A DNA stretch of 64,000 nucleotides from Octopus vulgaris (lineage: Eukaryota), in the NCBI GenBank assembly GCA_951406725.2, contig OX597817.1:134416001-134480000 (forward strand). The letters are read 5' to 3'. The stretch's first letter is position 1. Every line of letters starts with the position of its first letter. Shown one piece after another: positions 38,153 through 51,426 of the stretch. Position numbers and translations under genes: made by a program. The notes beneath the pieces were generated by a model that was given only the letters and a program-made list of their open reading frames with translations, was not told where the DNA came from and made no database searches.

Positions 38153-38879
38153 AAAATAGCAAATTTGTTCAAACATTAACACATATACGTATGCATGCGT
38201 GTGTATGCAAGCATGTATGTTTGTATCTATATACATATATACACACAGAGAAAGAGAGTGGTAGGGGAGAAATCCTTCCTTAACACGTCTGTCAACGGAC
38301 CAGTCTATTTAGCTGTAATTTCATACCAAAGCATGATATGGTTGACTGCTGGGAGCAGCCACTCAACTGTTGCTAACACGTGGTATTGCGGTGGTGTTGC
38401 TTTTGCCATTACAAATGCTTAGAGATGGCTCAACTTTCAAAGCTACCATCACTTCTCAGGATTAGACACGGAAAGAATTAATAATTAAAAAAAACAGAAT
38501 ATAAAGACTCTTGTCAAAGTTCTGCCATTAACAACACCTATTACACACATGTACGCACACACACATACAAACATGACACTGGAATATATAGTTAACAAAA
38601 AGATGACGTTGCGATGACAGAGACAAGAGCTGGTTTAGTTACAATGTGTTAAATCAATAACTCTCTAATGCTAGGTGATACCATTTTAATATACTAGCAG
38701 GCGTAAAGAAAGCAAAAACTGGTGATAAATAAAGACGGGAAAACGTAAAAAAAGTATCTATTTAGTGAATAGTTCGACTTACATTTAATGCAGGACTGCA
38801 TGGCTAGGATATTTACTAAGCAATCAAGGTTCTGGTTAACATCCTACGGCAAAACACCGTGGGCAGATATTATCTACCA

Positions 38880-39250
38880 CAGGTCTGAGTGAACCAAAGC
38901 TTTGTGAATAAAAGTAGGTGGGAAATTCTGGAGGGGTATGTTCCAAATTTCGGCCTTAGAAAGAATTTTTAAAGCATGAACTGACAGATACTGTCAGCTT
39001 CCAAATATAGCAGCTTCGAAATCATGAGCAAATACACTCTGTTGTACCGGTTTGATATTTAGAGGTCCTCAACTGTCCAAAAGCCTACTTAAAGAAATCA
39101 TAAATATAAAAAGAGCCTCTATTGAGACATTGGATAAACTCGTAACAACGATGCAGGACAAGGCAACCATTTAAGGATGCATTCAAGGAAGATCAGCTGC
39201 GACCAACCTCCAGCCATAAAGTGACAACAAAACACTCTTACAACTGAAAC
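38880..39250 (+). mobile_element. highly decayed CR1-group LINE 3' fragment
   Basis: WEILEGYVPNFG...FRGPQLSKSLLKEIINI...LDKLV; related to 61176-61540. Confidence 0.55.
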
Positions 39251-39272
39251 CATTCAAATAATTTATGTCTGA

Positions 39273-39356
<84 letters not shown>

Positions 39357-39397
39357 AAAAAAGTCAAGGTAAAAAAATTATTTTATAAAAAGCATTT

Positions 39398-39433
39398 CAG
39401 TACCGGTTTCAGTCATTGAGACTTTTTCAACTG
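39398..39433 (-). ncRNA. variant hammerhead-like motif
   Basis: Minus strand CAG-TTGAAAA-AGTC-TCAAT-GACT-GAAACCGGTA-CTG; stems intact, core differs from CUGANGA. Confidence 0.4.
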
Positions 39434-39809
39434 TAAGTATGGAAAATAATTAAATTTGGGAAAAATTAAAAGAAAAGTTTTTTTTAAAGAATACTTGTAT
39501 AGTATTCAAATAAAAGGGGCATTTTCCTTGTTTCTGCCTGTCTCTATCTCTCTTGTTTACTCTTGTGGGTTCGAGGTCGTTGTGTTTTCTTAGCAGGGAA
39601 GAAGAAGAAGAAGAAGAAGAAGAAGAAGAAGAAGAAGAAGAAGAAGGACGAGGACGAAGGGAAGATGAAGAAAAAGGAGGAGAAGGAGAATGCGGGAATG
39701 CCATGATAGTAGTAGTATGTTAAATGGTCAAGTGCCCTGAAAGTGACTTGTGGATGGTAGTAGTGAGACTTCTCTTTTGAATGCATTGATTATAAAACTT
39801 GCGTAGGTG

Positions 39810-40270
39810 TTATTCTTCCTCACCTTCCCAAGCGTCAAACTAATACACCTGTCTTCGTCTTTTCTTTTTCTGTAAATGTCAACCATATATTGTACGCTCA
39901 CGTGGTCGCACCAGTTTTATTTTGCGTTAACCTCCTACACTTCGGACTTACTTCTACCGGAAATTTGTGCATCTCCCTTCATCTACATACCAGGATCCCA
40001 CCCGTATTACGACTGGATATATATATATAAATTTCACTGGATTCTTCCGTTGATGAAAAATCGCTCCAATACACCACCACGTTCGAACCTTTTTGAACTT
40101 TTTTGAACTTTTTGTTTATTCTCTCTCTGTTTATTTCCTCATGTTCTTTTCTGTTGAAGGGCGTAGGCCTGAAACGTAAAAGACTTTCTCACCTTCCCGA
40201 GCATCAAACTATTACATCTGCTTTTTGGTTATACACCTGTCTTCGCCTTTTGTTTTTCTGTAAATTTCAG
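39810..40270 (+). mobile_element. Penelope pLTR-like partial tandem repeat with hammerhead (about 40145-40183)
   Basis: CACCTTCCC.AGC.TCAAACT...ACACCTGTCTTCG occurs at about 39820 and 40190; CTGTTGAAGGGCGTAGGCCTGAAACGTAAAAGA. Confidence 0.55.
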
Positions 40271-41771
40271 CTATATTCTTTTATTATTTTACTGGTTTCG
40301 GTCATTTGACTGCGGCCATGCTGGAGCACCGCCTTCAGTCGAGCAAATCGACTCCAGGACTTATTCTTTATAAGCCTAGTACTTATTCCATAGGTCTCTT
40401 TTATCGCACCGCTAAGATACGGGTACTAATCACGGAATGGTCATTTTATATTTATTATTTATTTATTTATTTATTTATTATTTCCAAATAAACACGCGCG
40501 AACATCATGAAATATAATAATATTAATTTCAACAGAAGATTTCACACCAGAAAATATAATTATATCAGAAGCAATACATAAACATAAATTGTAACATCAT
40601 CTGCGTGATTCGAACACTGCATCTACGTATAACATCGCTGTCATATTTACATAAATTAATATGTCACATCTATGTGCCGTATTTAATTTCATCTTTCCTC
40701 GTTATGCGTTCAAATCTTGCTTGAATAAATCTTGTATATCTTTCACCTAGGTATCGTTAATATTTTGATTTTTAAGAACGCTATAGAGTCTCAAATCTAA
40801 AAGATGGGATTCTTCAGTGCCAGCCATTTTTGCCAATGAACCTCTTTGATTCCTACTTTCTTCGGGAAAATTTTATCATAATTATATAATTCTTATTAAG
40901 GAATTTTATGAAAAAATGTTGAAATCGCTTGTATATTATAACAGTGTAACCTATTCCTTGCACATTAGTTTTAACAGCAACATCTTATAGGGACCTGATA
41001 TTGAGGATCACTGCTTTATACAAACCTGTTTTCTCTGATAAGGTTTAGCTCAGGCTCAAGATATTTTCACAAATGCTTGGGAAACTAGGTTCAAACTTAA
41101 AACCGTCTGATGGAGAAGTAAATTTCTGAACCCCGTGGCCGTTCATTCTCATTCGACTGAATATTCCCAATGAAGCGATACTTCAAGCTGGTTTCTCGTA
41201 CACTTTTCTCGGCACCCTTCATAAACAAAGTAAGGTCGTTTAACTGAGATTTAATACTTGTATCAAATAATTATTACGTGCTCTCCGCTTCAACGCTAGC
41301 AACAATTCAACGATTAGAAGAAAATGCCATCATAATATAAATACATAGCAAGAACAAAATAAATAGAGACTGTCATTAACGGAGGGCTTCATATTTTCGA
41401 CTAAGTGGTTTTTCACATGAAGGCCGGTTTTATGACCAGCTTGCTTTCATCTCAAAATTATATTGTATATATGTTAGTGTGTGTGTGTGTGCGTACTCAT
41501 ATATATTCATGTGTGTATGTACACACACACACACAAATATGCATATATGAATATATTAGAGATTATATATATATGTAGTTATGCATAAGTATATTTATGT
41601 ATATGTATAGATATATATATATATACATATGCATGTGTGTGTGTTATATGTATGTGCATGTGTGTGTGTGCGTGTGTATGCATGTAGTCATATATGTACC
41701 AATATACATATGTTTACGAGGTATTTCTTTATACACATGTACACATACACACATAAATTCACACCCGCTCA

Positions 41772-41805
<34 letters not shown>

Positions 41806-41829
41806 CACGTATACATATTTATATACACA

Positions 41830-42110
41830 CAAAGGCCGTGAGTCAAGCCTAAGTCATAGAGCAGTGCTCGAGTAAATAAAAGATTTCGTATATCATTAGT
41901 TACATTCCGGCAACATCACATTGGAAATTATTACCCCGAGGAGGGAGGTACTCACCAACACTGCCATGTTAATGCTCGTCTCCATCAAACGTGCCGTGGA
42001 AAGTATTTTCCTGGAGCACGCCTAATTCATTCGAGTATACAGTTTGAATGTCCTCAATTGTCTCAAAGTGGCCCCTTTTCTGTGTCAGTTTAAGCTTGGG
42101 GGAAAATGAA
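41830..42110 (-). mobile_element. mariner C-terminal remnant
   Basis: PKLKLTQKRGHFETIEDIQTVYSNELGVLQENTFHGTF. Confidence 0.6.
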
Positions 42111-42217
42111 GATTGTACAGATGGATAAATCAAGCATGCATGAACTTGATCTTTGTAACTATTAACTTCTTCTTTGTCAAAATAAAACAAAAACCTGCAT
42201 CGTTTTAAGGGACGCGC

Positions 42218-42360
42218 ATTTCTTTCTGTCGAAGAGCGTAGGCCCGAAACGTAAAATACTTTCTCACTTCCCGAGCGTTAAACTAATACATCTGTTTGTT
42301 GTTTACTCATCCGTCTTCGTGTTTGTTTTGTTTTGTTTTTTTTTTTTTGTAAATTTTCTC
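42218..42360 (+). mobile_element. Penelope pLTR-like repeat with variant hammerhead
   Basis: TTT-CTGTCGA-A-GAGCGTAGGCCC-GAAACGTA-AAA. Confidence 0.55.
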
Positions 42361-43119
42361 TATAAGTGTCTGGTTACTTTGCAAGAACCAAGAGCATTTC
42401 CACCAAGATCCTGATATTTTCGTCGTATATTTCATATAACGCAAAGAACTTGAAATAAAAATTTGTTTCTAATATGAGGAACAAAGTATCAGAGAATGGT
42501 AATGCTGACGATTAGCCTGCTTTTTGTCAATGCAGTTTGGACCGCGTGTACTGTGATAGGCGTTCATAACCGCGGGCTTGGTCATAGTTTTTTTTTATTT
42601 TTTGTATTTTTATGTTTTGATCTTTTGTGCGTGTGTGTGTCTACGATATCAAAACACCACTATTTTAATGTTGTGTCATGCAACGCTAGGTGGAGCAAAC
42701 ATCAGAGCAACGCAACAGATGTCCGGTTTCACATGGAGGCTCCTAGTACACTCCAGAAATAAGTTCGACAGAGCTGATGGAGAATAACCGTCCTGGTGAT
42801 GGTGTCCATGAAAACTCGTCTACATTTTCCGGGATTTGGCTACAGATTAATTACCCAGAAGCCTAATCATTCTTGAGTCGATACACGATCGCTCCTGAAA
42901 GACTATAGCCTCTCAGAGATAAGTACTCGACAAAAAGTCTGTTTAGGATCATAAACAGACTCGATTCTTCGAAAGTCACGGTTGCAGATTTGGTGAGTTA
43001 CATATAGAATTTTGGTAACAAATTTTAATAAGGAATCGTAGAAATAAATCGATATTTTAAAGCAGCTAGAATTATTATATAGACATATGAGGGAAAATAT
43101 ATATCTATAATTAATATCT

Positions 43120-44344
43120 ACAGAAGCAGTATCAATATCAAAAATGGGCTAAAGCAAGGTTGTGTCCTTGCTCCTACATTATTTGGCATCTTCTTCTCGC
43201 TGCTGCTGTCACATGCCTTTGAGACATCAGATGATGGAGTGTTTCTGCACGGAAGAAGTGATGGGAAACTGTTCAATCTCTCGCGTCTGCTTGCCAAGTC
43301 CAAAATCAGAAGCGTCCTGATCAAGGAGATGCTATTTGCCGATTATGCCGCTCTGGTATCACATACAGAAGCCCTACAAAGGCTCATCAACTGTTTTGAG
43401 CAAGCATGTGGCAACTTTGGTTTAGTTATCAGCCTCAAGAAGACCAACATCATGGGTCAGGCTACATCGGACATCCCAAACATACATATTGGAGACCACA
43501 GGCTAGATGAGGTGGAGAGGTTTACCTATCTTGGCTCTACCGGTACCTACAACCTATCCCTTGATGCTGAGTTCAATATACGCATTGGCAAGGCAACTGC
43601 TGTGATGGCCCAACTCTCTAAACGGGCATGGAACAACAATAAGCTGACCAAGACCACAAAAATGAAGATTTACTAGGCATGTGTACTTAACACTCTACTG
43701 TATGGAAGTGAGACTTGGACGCCATACACACCCCAAGAGCGTCACCTAAATATCTTTCACCTGCGCTGCCTCCAGAAAATCCTTCGCATCAAATGGCAGA
43801 ATCATGTCCCCAACAAAGATATCCTCAAGCAAGCAGGAATACCATTCATATTTGCACTCCTCACACAAAGACGTATGAGATGGCTTGGAGATCTTAGCCG
43901 TATGGAAGATGGCTGAATCCACAAGGGCATACTCAACGGAGAGCTTGCTAGGGGCACTAGGTCTGTGGGAAGACCGTTCTTACGATACAAGGATGTTTGC
44001 AAAAGGGACATGCCTGCAACATCAATATTACCAACTGGGAAGCAGTTGCCATCAACTGTGGAGATTGGCGACGTATCGTAAAAGAGGGTACACAAAGGAG
44101 TGACATAGAGGGAGAGGATAAATGGAAAGACAAGAAAATACGTCAACAAGAAAGTATGACATTACAACCAGCCAGGCAAAGTCTTCGCTACATTTGCGGC
44201 AACTGCCAGAGGGAGGGTTTGTCCAGGATAGGACTACACAGCCACAGCAGGAGATGTATTAGGACATGAAATGTAAAAGCCGGACTAGATTATTTTATGC
44301 ACAACTCCATTGTCTGCCGAGACAAAAAGGATGCCAACAACAAT
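43120..44344 (+). mobile_element. 5'-truncated RTE LINE, RT and C-terminus, pseudogenised
   Basis: NGLKQGCVLAPTLF...MLFADYAAL (FADD mutated)...FTYLGS...CGNCQREGLSRIGLHSHSRRC; in-frame stops; (CAA)n tail. Confidence 0.93.
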
Positions 44345-44596
44345 ATATATGGATTTCGTAGACAGGAACTGCAACAAATCAATCGTATATATATGTATAT
44401 ATGTAAATGTATGTGTGTGTCTTTGTCTCTGTATTTCGCCCTCATCACTGCTTCACAACTGCTGTTCATTTATTTACATCCACATAACTTACTAGTTTCA
44501 CAAGAACAAACTAATAGAATAAGTACCAGGCTTATCAACATAAAAAAGCACTAGGCTGTGTCTCATAGTTTTGTTTGCCCACTCAGTTGTATCTAT

Positions 44597-44722
<126 letters not shown>

Positions 44723-45770
44723 AAAAACCCCTCCAGGCTACATCCTGAAAATTCATTTCTTTGCCGAATTTCTACATTGTTTACGGTGATTCGATTTTAT
44801 ATCTTGATTTTTTTTATTTTTCATGCAATTTACGCATGCTTGCACGCGTGGTGAACACAGTTCACGTCAAACAGCTAACTGAGTAAAGTTCACTATTCAA
44901 TGCATGGGATACGGCCTAAACAAACACATTATCGATTTTTGCACTAGCGAAATGAATTTCGGAACAGAAATAGCGTAGTTCAATTTTCATTCGCCTAAAC
45001 TTTAAGTGACCCATTTTTGGTGGTTGTACGATTTGTTGGCTAGGAGGAGATGTGCTGGGAAGTTAAACACGCAGATACACACACAGACACACAAGTTGAG
45101 TTTTATATATATAGATATGTCAGCATATGTATATATATATATATATGTTTGTGTGTGAATATACATATATATATATATATATATACATGTCTATATGTAT
45201 ATATATATATGTATACATATATATATATATGTATATATATATATGTATATATGTATATATAAATGTATAGACATATATGTGTATATATATATATTTTTAT
45301 ATATTCATCTACTGCCATATATATGTACAAATTTGTGTATGTGCGTGTGTGTGTGTGTGTGCACAGAAATATAATGCGCGTACCTGTGTAAAGTACAGCC
45401 AACAGTAATTCACGAAAAAGTCTCACAAAATATTTATAAGTCCCTCTGAGAATGCGAGCAAACATCGATGCCCACTCAGGCCCCTCCGCTGTCATCCAAC
45501 TGCATATCTGAGGAGGTGGATGGAGGGAAGGCTATATCACCAGTCGACTTGGATGCATTACATATGAATGGATGGGAAGGGATTTTCTTCATAACACAAT
45601 CCACTGATCCCTCGGGAAATTGAATTCATCTCTTGATGTCATGTACTGAACATCCTAACAACTTGGACACATGAACTCACACACATATATTTGGGGATTT
45701 CTATACATTCTCTGTATGCATAAATGTACAAGCGTGTGTGCGTATGTGTGTCGATATGTATGTATGCATT

Positions 45771-45814
<44 letters not shown>

Positions 45815-46415
45815 ACTTATCAAACTTGTGTTTGTTCAATGCCATAGACGTAGCTCTCGGCCCTTGAGTCACTTTGTAAATTCAGCCGGTTAAATGTAAC
45901 ACACATATACACATAGAAACACACAATCACAGACACGTTTACCCGTGCGCGCGTACACACCCGCTTTCTCTCTCACACACACACACACACATACACACGT
46001 ATGCACACGCACATATACAGCACGATTGTGCAGATTGACACCATCCGCGAAACCGAATCCATGCACTGGGCTAACGAGAGATAGGTTTAAGATAAGTTTC
46101 TGCCTACAAAAGAAGTGTTTCACGTGTTATGGTCGAAAGACGTTCACAAATTTGTCTATGCATATTGTTGTTTGAGGAAACGCAGCTCAATTCTATTGGA
46201 CATACACCTATCTATGGTAGAATTTTCTAATCCTTGCAAAACAGCCCCAAATTTAACTCTTTGAATATTCCACTGTCTCTGAGTGACAAAATATTTACCC
46301 TCTTTCAAAATAAATTTTGTTCTGAACCATAGTGATAAATACTTAAATTCTTGGAGACACGCATCGAGATATTTGATTTCAGTCTATTTACCACCTGCTA
46401 GATTAAGTAACCTCA

Positions 46416-46447
<32 letters not shown>

Positions 46448-47101
46448 TAATTGCCTCTAAGCGTTAGCTATTTTGAATATTTTTTGAATATTTTTTGGCC
46501 TGCCATCGGTTTGCCTGTTTGTTGTGTGTGTATTTAATATCCGAACTCAATAAAACGATTCTCGCTTAATTTTTTCTTGACAAACAAATTTCCATTTTCG
46601 TCCTATTCACTCGTAATTCAACTGTTTGTTGTTTTAGTTCTTCAAACCATTTCTCATATTCCTGTTTTTCTAAAACACCTGTTTTCCCTAAAGTCTAATA
46701 TCATTTGTTTCCTTTGCATCGTTTCGGCGACAATCTAATAATTCTCATAATTTTTTTCTTCTCCTCTGGTAATTTTATTTCCTTTAAAAAATATAATTCC
46801 AGATAACTTTGTAATATATAACATTTTTATATGTTTTACGATCCCCACTGGCTGTGCGTCTGTAGCTGCAATCTCTAAGTTATAAACACTCGTTCTTTTA
46901 TTTTTGTTCCATATTTTAGAACTTGGACATCTTCACATGTAAATACATATAAATATATCTCTGTAAATGTGCGTGTGTATCTCTGTGTGTGTATTGGCGT
47001 GCACATGACTAGGTGTATTTGTGTTATGCTTTTACGCGTACGAATGTTTGAGCATGGAAATATTTACATAACAATGTGGTAAGTTATAGCAGACATATGT
47101 T

Positions 47102-47460
47102 GAGGCGCAATGACCCAGTGGTTAGGGCTGCGGACTCGCGGTCGTAGGATCGCGGTGTCGATTCCTAGACCGGGCGTTGTGTGTGTTTATTGAGCGAAAA
47201 CTCCTGAAGCTCCACGATGTTCCAGCTGGAGGTGGTGACGAACCCTACTGTACTCTTTCACCACAAATTTCACTCTTTTTACCTGTTTCTGTTGTACCTG
47301 TATTTCAAAAGGGCCAGCCTTGTCGCACTGGATCTGCCCGAGAACTATGTTAAGGGTACACGTGTCTGTGGACTGTTCAGCCACTTGCACGTCAATTTCA
47401 CGAACTGGCTGTTCCGTTGATCGGATCAACTGGAACCCTCGTTGTCGCAACCGACGGAGT
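47102..47460 (+). mobile_element. tRNA-SINE family C
   Basis: GAGGCGCAATGACCCAGTGGTTAGGG...; matches reverse complement of 23802-24178. Confidence 0.88.
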
Positions 47461-47640
47461 ATAAATATTTATATATACATATATGTATACGGATATACGC
47501 TTGTGTCTATCTCCGTAGATTGGTGTTCACACTTTGCATATAAGTAATTCTGAACGTTTGTGTGTAATTATGCTATGCACCACACACAAAAAAACGCACA
47601 GTTGTACGAACACATATACATACAACATTTTATATATATT

Positions 47641-48326
47641 TATTCAATCAACTAATAAGGGTGAGAAAATTGGATACTAATTTAATAGTACCATCAATTT
47701 AACACCAAGTGGCTTAGTGCATAAAAACCGGGAATACAATAAATTTTATATGTAAATATAAGAGAGTGACCACTATGTGGTCGACTCTAGCACTAAAAAT
47801 AGATCCGCTTCGGTTTAGCCACAAAGAATTGTTTCCGATGAAAGTTAGCACATCCATTAGCGTAAACAAGTAGGGCAAATAAAAGATAACAAAAATGCAG
47901 ATTAATTCAAGACAATTGTTTCGCTATTAATAAATTATGTAATTTTACTTACATAACATATCTGTAGCTCCTCGGCTGAATTTGTCTAGAATACAATTTA
48001 CTCAACCGCATGCCAGATTTTGCCATAACGATAAACACCGACTGAACCACATGTGTGTTTATCGTTATGGTAAAATCTGGCATGCGGTTGAGTAAATTGT
48101 ATTCTAGACAAATTCTGCTGAGGAGCTACAGATATGTTATGTGAGTAAAATTACATAATTTATTAATAGCGAAACAATTGTCCTGAATTAATCTGCATTT
48201 TTGTTATCTTTTATTTGCCCTACTTGTTTACGCTAATGGTTGTGCCAACTTTCATCGGAAACAATTATTCGTGGCTAAACCGTAGCGGATCTATTTTTAG
48301 TGCTAGAGTCGACCACATAGTGGTCA

Positions 48327-48331
<5 letters not shown>
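47641..48331. mobile_element. 277-bp-arm palindrome, inverted Penelope-like pLTR pair with hammerheads
   Basis: 47762-48038 is the reverse complement of 48055-48331 with few mismatches and a 16-nt spacer; flanked by (TA)n. Confidence 0.85.
48111..48189 (+). ncRNA. type-I hammerhead ribozyme motif (mirror copy 47904-47982 on minus strand)
   Basis: AATTCTG-CTGAGGA-GCTA...TAGC-GAAAC-AATT-GTC-CTGAATT; canonical core and GUC cleavage triplet. Confidence 0.8.
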
Positions 48332-48392
<61 letters not shown>

Positions 48393-48480
48393 TATATATA
48401 TATATATATATAATTCTGAAAAAAGAATCTATTTCTGCATTTTTCTTTTGGCAAACAAGTTAATTGTGAAACCAGCAAAT

Positions 48481-51194
48481 ATGGCGTTTCAACTAGAGTC
48501 CTCTACCCCTGAGACAGTCAGTGCCTTGCGCAAATCAGATTTATTGAAATTTCTGTACATTTCAAACTTGAGGCCAAAACTGCGATGAGGAAATTTCAGA
48601 TTTTGAAAATCGTTTTAAATCACTTCCTTGATGAGGGAGTTTTCGGACGTGATGTTTTGGAAAAGATAAAAGAAGAAACTTCAGACCAGCTGGAAATGAA
48701 AAGGCTTAAAGTTCAAGTTGTTAGCTTGGCAACATTTTGAAGTGTATCTTGGTACCACCACTTCTCCAATTGAAGTCTTTACTGACCACAATCTTTGGAT
48801 TCACAAAATGAAAAGCAAAAATCAAATTTGAAAAGGAAAATGAGCTTAAAGAGCTAGAAAAATCTTTTCCATCCCCACATCCTTCCTCTTTCGAAATTGC
48901 AAGACATACTCGACTGCTTTGTCATTTCAATGGAAAAGTAGTGGATAAGTAGTTTCTATGGTTTCAAAAAGTTCCTGAAAACCTCAAAAGGCCTAAATAG
49001 TCATGGACTATGATACTGCAAACTGTTTTGAAAGGTAAAGCTCAGGAAGATTTTTGGCCTTATCTGTAGGGCAATGTTCAGGTTATGATCTGGTTGAGAG
49101 GACTCTTCTAAAAGCTTATGAGTGCCCGAAGCTTATCGACAGAAATTCAGAAATGCTCATAAACAGGACAACGAGACTTTTGTAGTTTGCTAGAGAGAAG
49201 GAAGCTTTGTTTGATAGGTGGTGTAGTTCTTAGGAAGTCACAAATTTCGATAGCTTGAGGCATTTTTGATGGAGGATTTCAAACAGTGTTCATTCTGATC
49301 TCAAGATTTATTTGGATGAACGAAAGGTAGATCTTTTACATAATGCAGCTATGTTCCCAGGTGATTACTACTTGACTCACAAAAATTCTTTTGGTCTCCG
49401 AGGTCGTCGTATTCTGGTCCAAATGGTTTTTCTTCGGGTAGGAGTTCAGGTCATGCAGGTTCCAATGGTGATAGAACGAGTTCAAATACTGCAGACAAGC
49501 AGTCACATCCAGCTAAGTCTAATTCTATGACTCCCACTTGTTCTGGTCCTGTCTATGCATATTGTAAGAGGCCGGGTCATTTGTTTTCTGCATGTTTCAA
49601 GCTTAAGCATAAAAATCAGTCCACATGTTCCCCAAATGCTTTTCTATCTGTCGCACTTAAGCCTTTCTTTTCGGATGGTTCTGAGAAGAGTTTTGTTTGT
49701 GAGAGTAAGCCCCTAGATTCCATAGTTCAAAAGGCGTTTTTGCCCTTTGCTTACAAAAGGTTCTTTGTCGCTTATGGAAGATAAGGCTACTCCACGGTGC
49801 GTTATTATTTTGAAGGATAATGGAGCTCTTCAGTTTCTGATTTCGAAGGATATTTTGTCATTTTCTGATGAATCTTTAGCGAACTCAGATGTTTTGATTC
49901 AAAGTATAAGTGGTAATTTTCTCCTCTCCATTTTGTGAATTTAACTTCAGATCTGATTCCTGGTGATGTGAAAGTTGGTGTTCTTGACTCTCTCCCAGTT
50001 CTGGGTGTTGATTTGTTGATCGGAAATGATCTTATGGGGTCCAAGTAGGTGCTGATCCTATTGTCACTGTTTCTCCAGAGATTTCAGTTAATACAGAAAA
50101 GTTGGAGGCTGTTTTCTCAGGACATTTTCTTCTTGAGTAGGGACTCGTTCGATGTCAAAAGACATTTCTTCCTAGTGTGCCGAATGATTCCATTTGTGAT
50201 TTGTCGGGTACTTTCATGGATGATTCTTTTTGTAACGTAGAGGCTGTCGACTTGTCTTCAAAGGGTGGTAACTCTTCAGGTCTTCTTGATAAGTCTGATG
50301 ATGTATCAGGTGGTGATTGCATTCTTTCTAGAGGACAGTTTATTAATGCACAAGGCGAGGATGTTGAGTTGCAGAAGTTAGCTAATAAGGCTGTTTCTTT
50401 TGAGGAGGTTCCAGTTTGTTTTTACTTTAAGGGTGGTGTTCTGATGAGGAAATACAGGCCGCCGGACATTCCTACGAAGGATGAATGGAAACTGTATCAT
50501 CAAATTGTGTTGCCAAAATTGTTACGAAATCATCTACTTTCATTGACACATGAAAGTCCCATGGTAGGTCATTTAAAACTGATGAGAAAATTTGGCACAT
50601 TTCTTTTGGCCTAGTTTGAGACTAGAAATGGCGGAATTTTGTAAAACCTGCCATGCATGTGAAATTGTTGGAAACACAAATCTGAAAATTTCTCCCGCCT
50701 CATTGATACCTATACCGGCTTTTGGCGAACCTTTCACTCGAGTTATCACTCTGATGTGGTATCGCTACTTACCAAACTTTTGGACAAAAGGGTAAAATTT
50801 CAGTGGGATAGCAGTTGTCAGGCTGAATTTGAAAGAACCAAACCATTCTCAGGAATTCTCCAATATTGCAGGCACTAAATTTTGAGAAACCATTTGCGAT
50901 GTAGGTGCAGGTGCTGACCTGATTCAAGAAGATGAATCAGGAATTGATCATCCAATTTGTTATTTTTCCAAGAAGCTTGACAAGCACCAGAGGGATTATT
51001 CTACCGTTGAGAAAGAGACATTAAGTCTTTTGTTAGCTTAGCAACATCTTGAAGTGTCTCTTCGTACCGCTACTTGTCCAACTGAAGTCTTTACTGACCA
51101 CAATCCATTGATTTTTCTTCACAAAATGAAGAACAACAATCAGAGGTTTATGAGGTGGATATTTACTTGGCAAGGGTTCAATCTTGAGTCAAGG
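48481..51194 (+). mobile_element. decayed Gypsy LTR retrotransposon internal region, Gmr1-like domain order
   Basis: gag (PEAYRQKFR; YCKRPGHLFSAC knuckle), protease (ILKDNGA, GVDLLIGNDL), integrase zinc finger (THESPMVGHL...FCKTCHAC), then RNase H (HPICYFSKKL, YSTVEKE, VFTDHNPL); many stops and frameshifts; no LTR seen. Confidence 0.88.
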
Positions 51195-51227
51195 CCTTGA
51201 CTCAAGATTGAACCCTTGCAAAGTAAA
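51162..51227. repeat. perfect 50-bp loopless palindrome (51170-51219) with short extension
   Basis: GCAAGGGTTCAATCTTGAGTCAAGG|CCTTGACTCAAGATTGAACCCTTGC. Confidence 0.92.
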
Positions 51228-51426
51228 AACCCCACTCAATCGATAAAAGAGTGTGAGCTTCGAATGTAGATGCGAACCCAATGTGGACGTGTCATCATAT
51301 AACCCGTAAAGGATGTATATAGAATTATGCTGTAGGTAAGGTGAAATCCTTAGAATCCACTTATTCTGGTGGGGGAAGAAAGGAAACAAATTTAGTTTTG
51401 AATTTTAAAATTCTGTATATCATATG

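Noticed and set aside
42790-42825. CTGGTGA...GAAA...GTC hammerhead-like string (also CTGAGGA at about 45508)
   Set aside because: No stem I pairing or missing GAAA; too degenerate to call.
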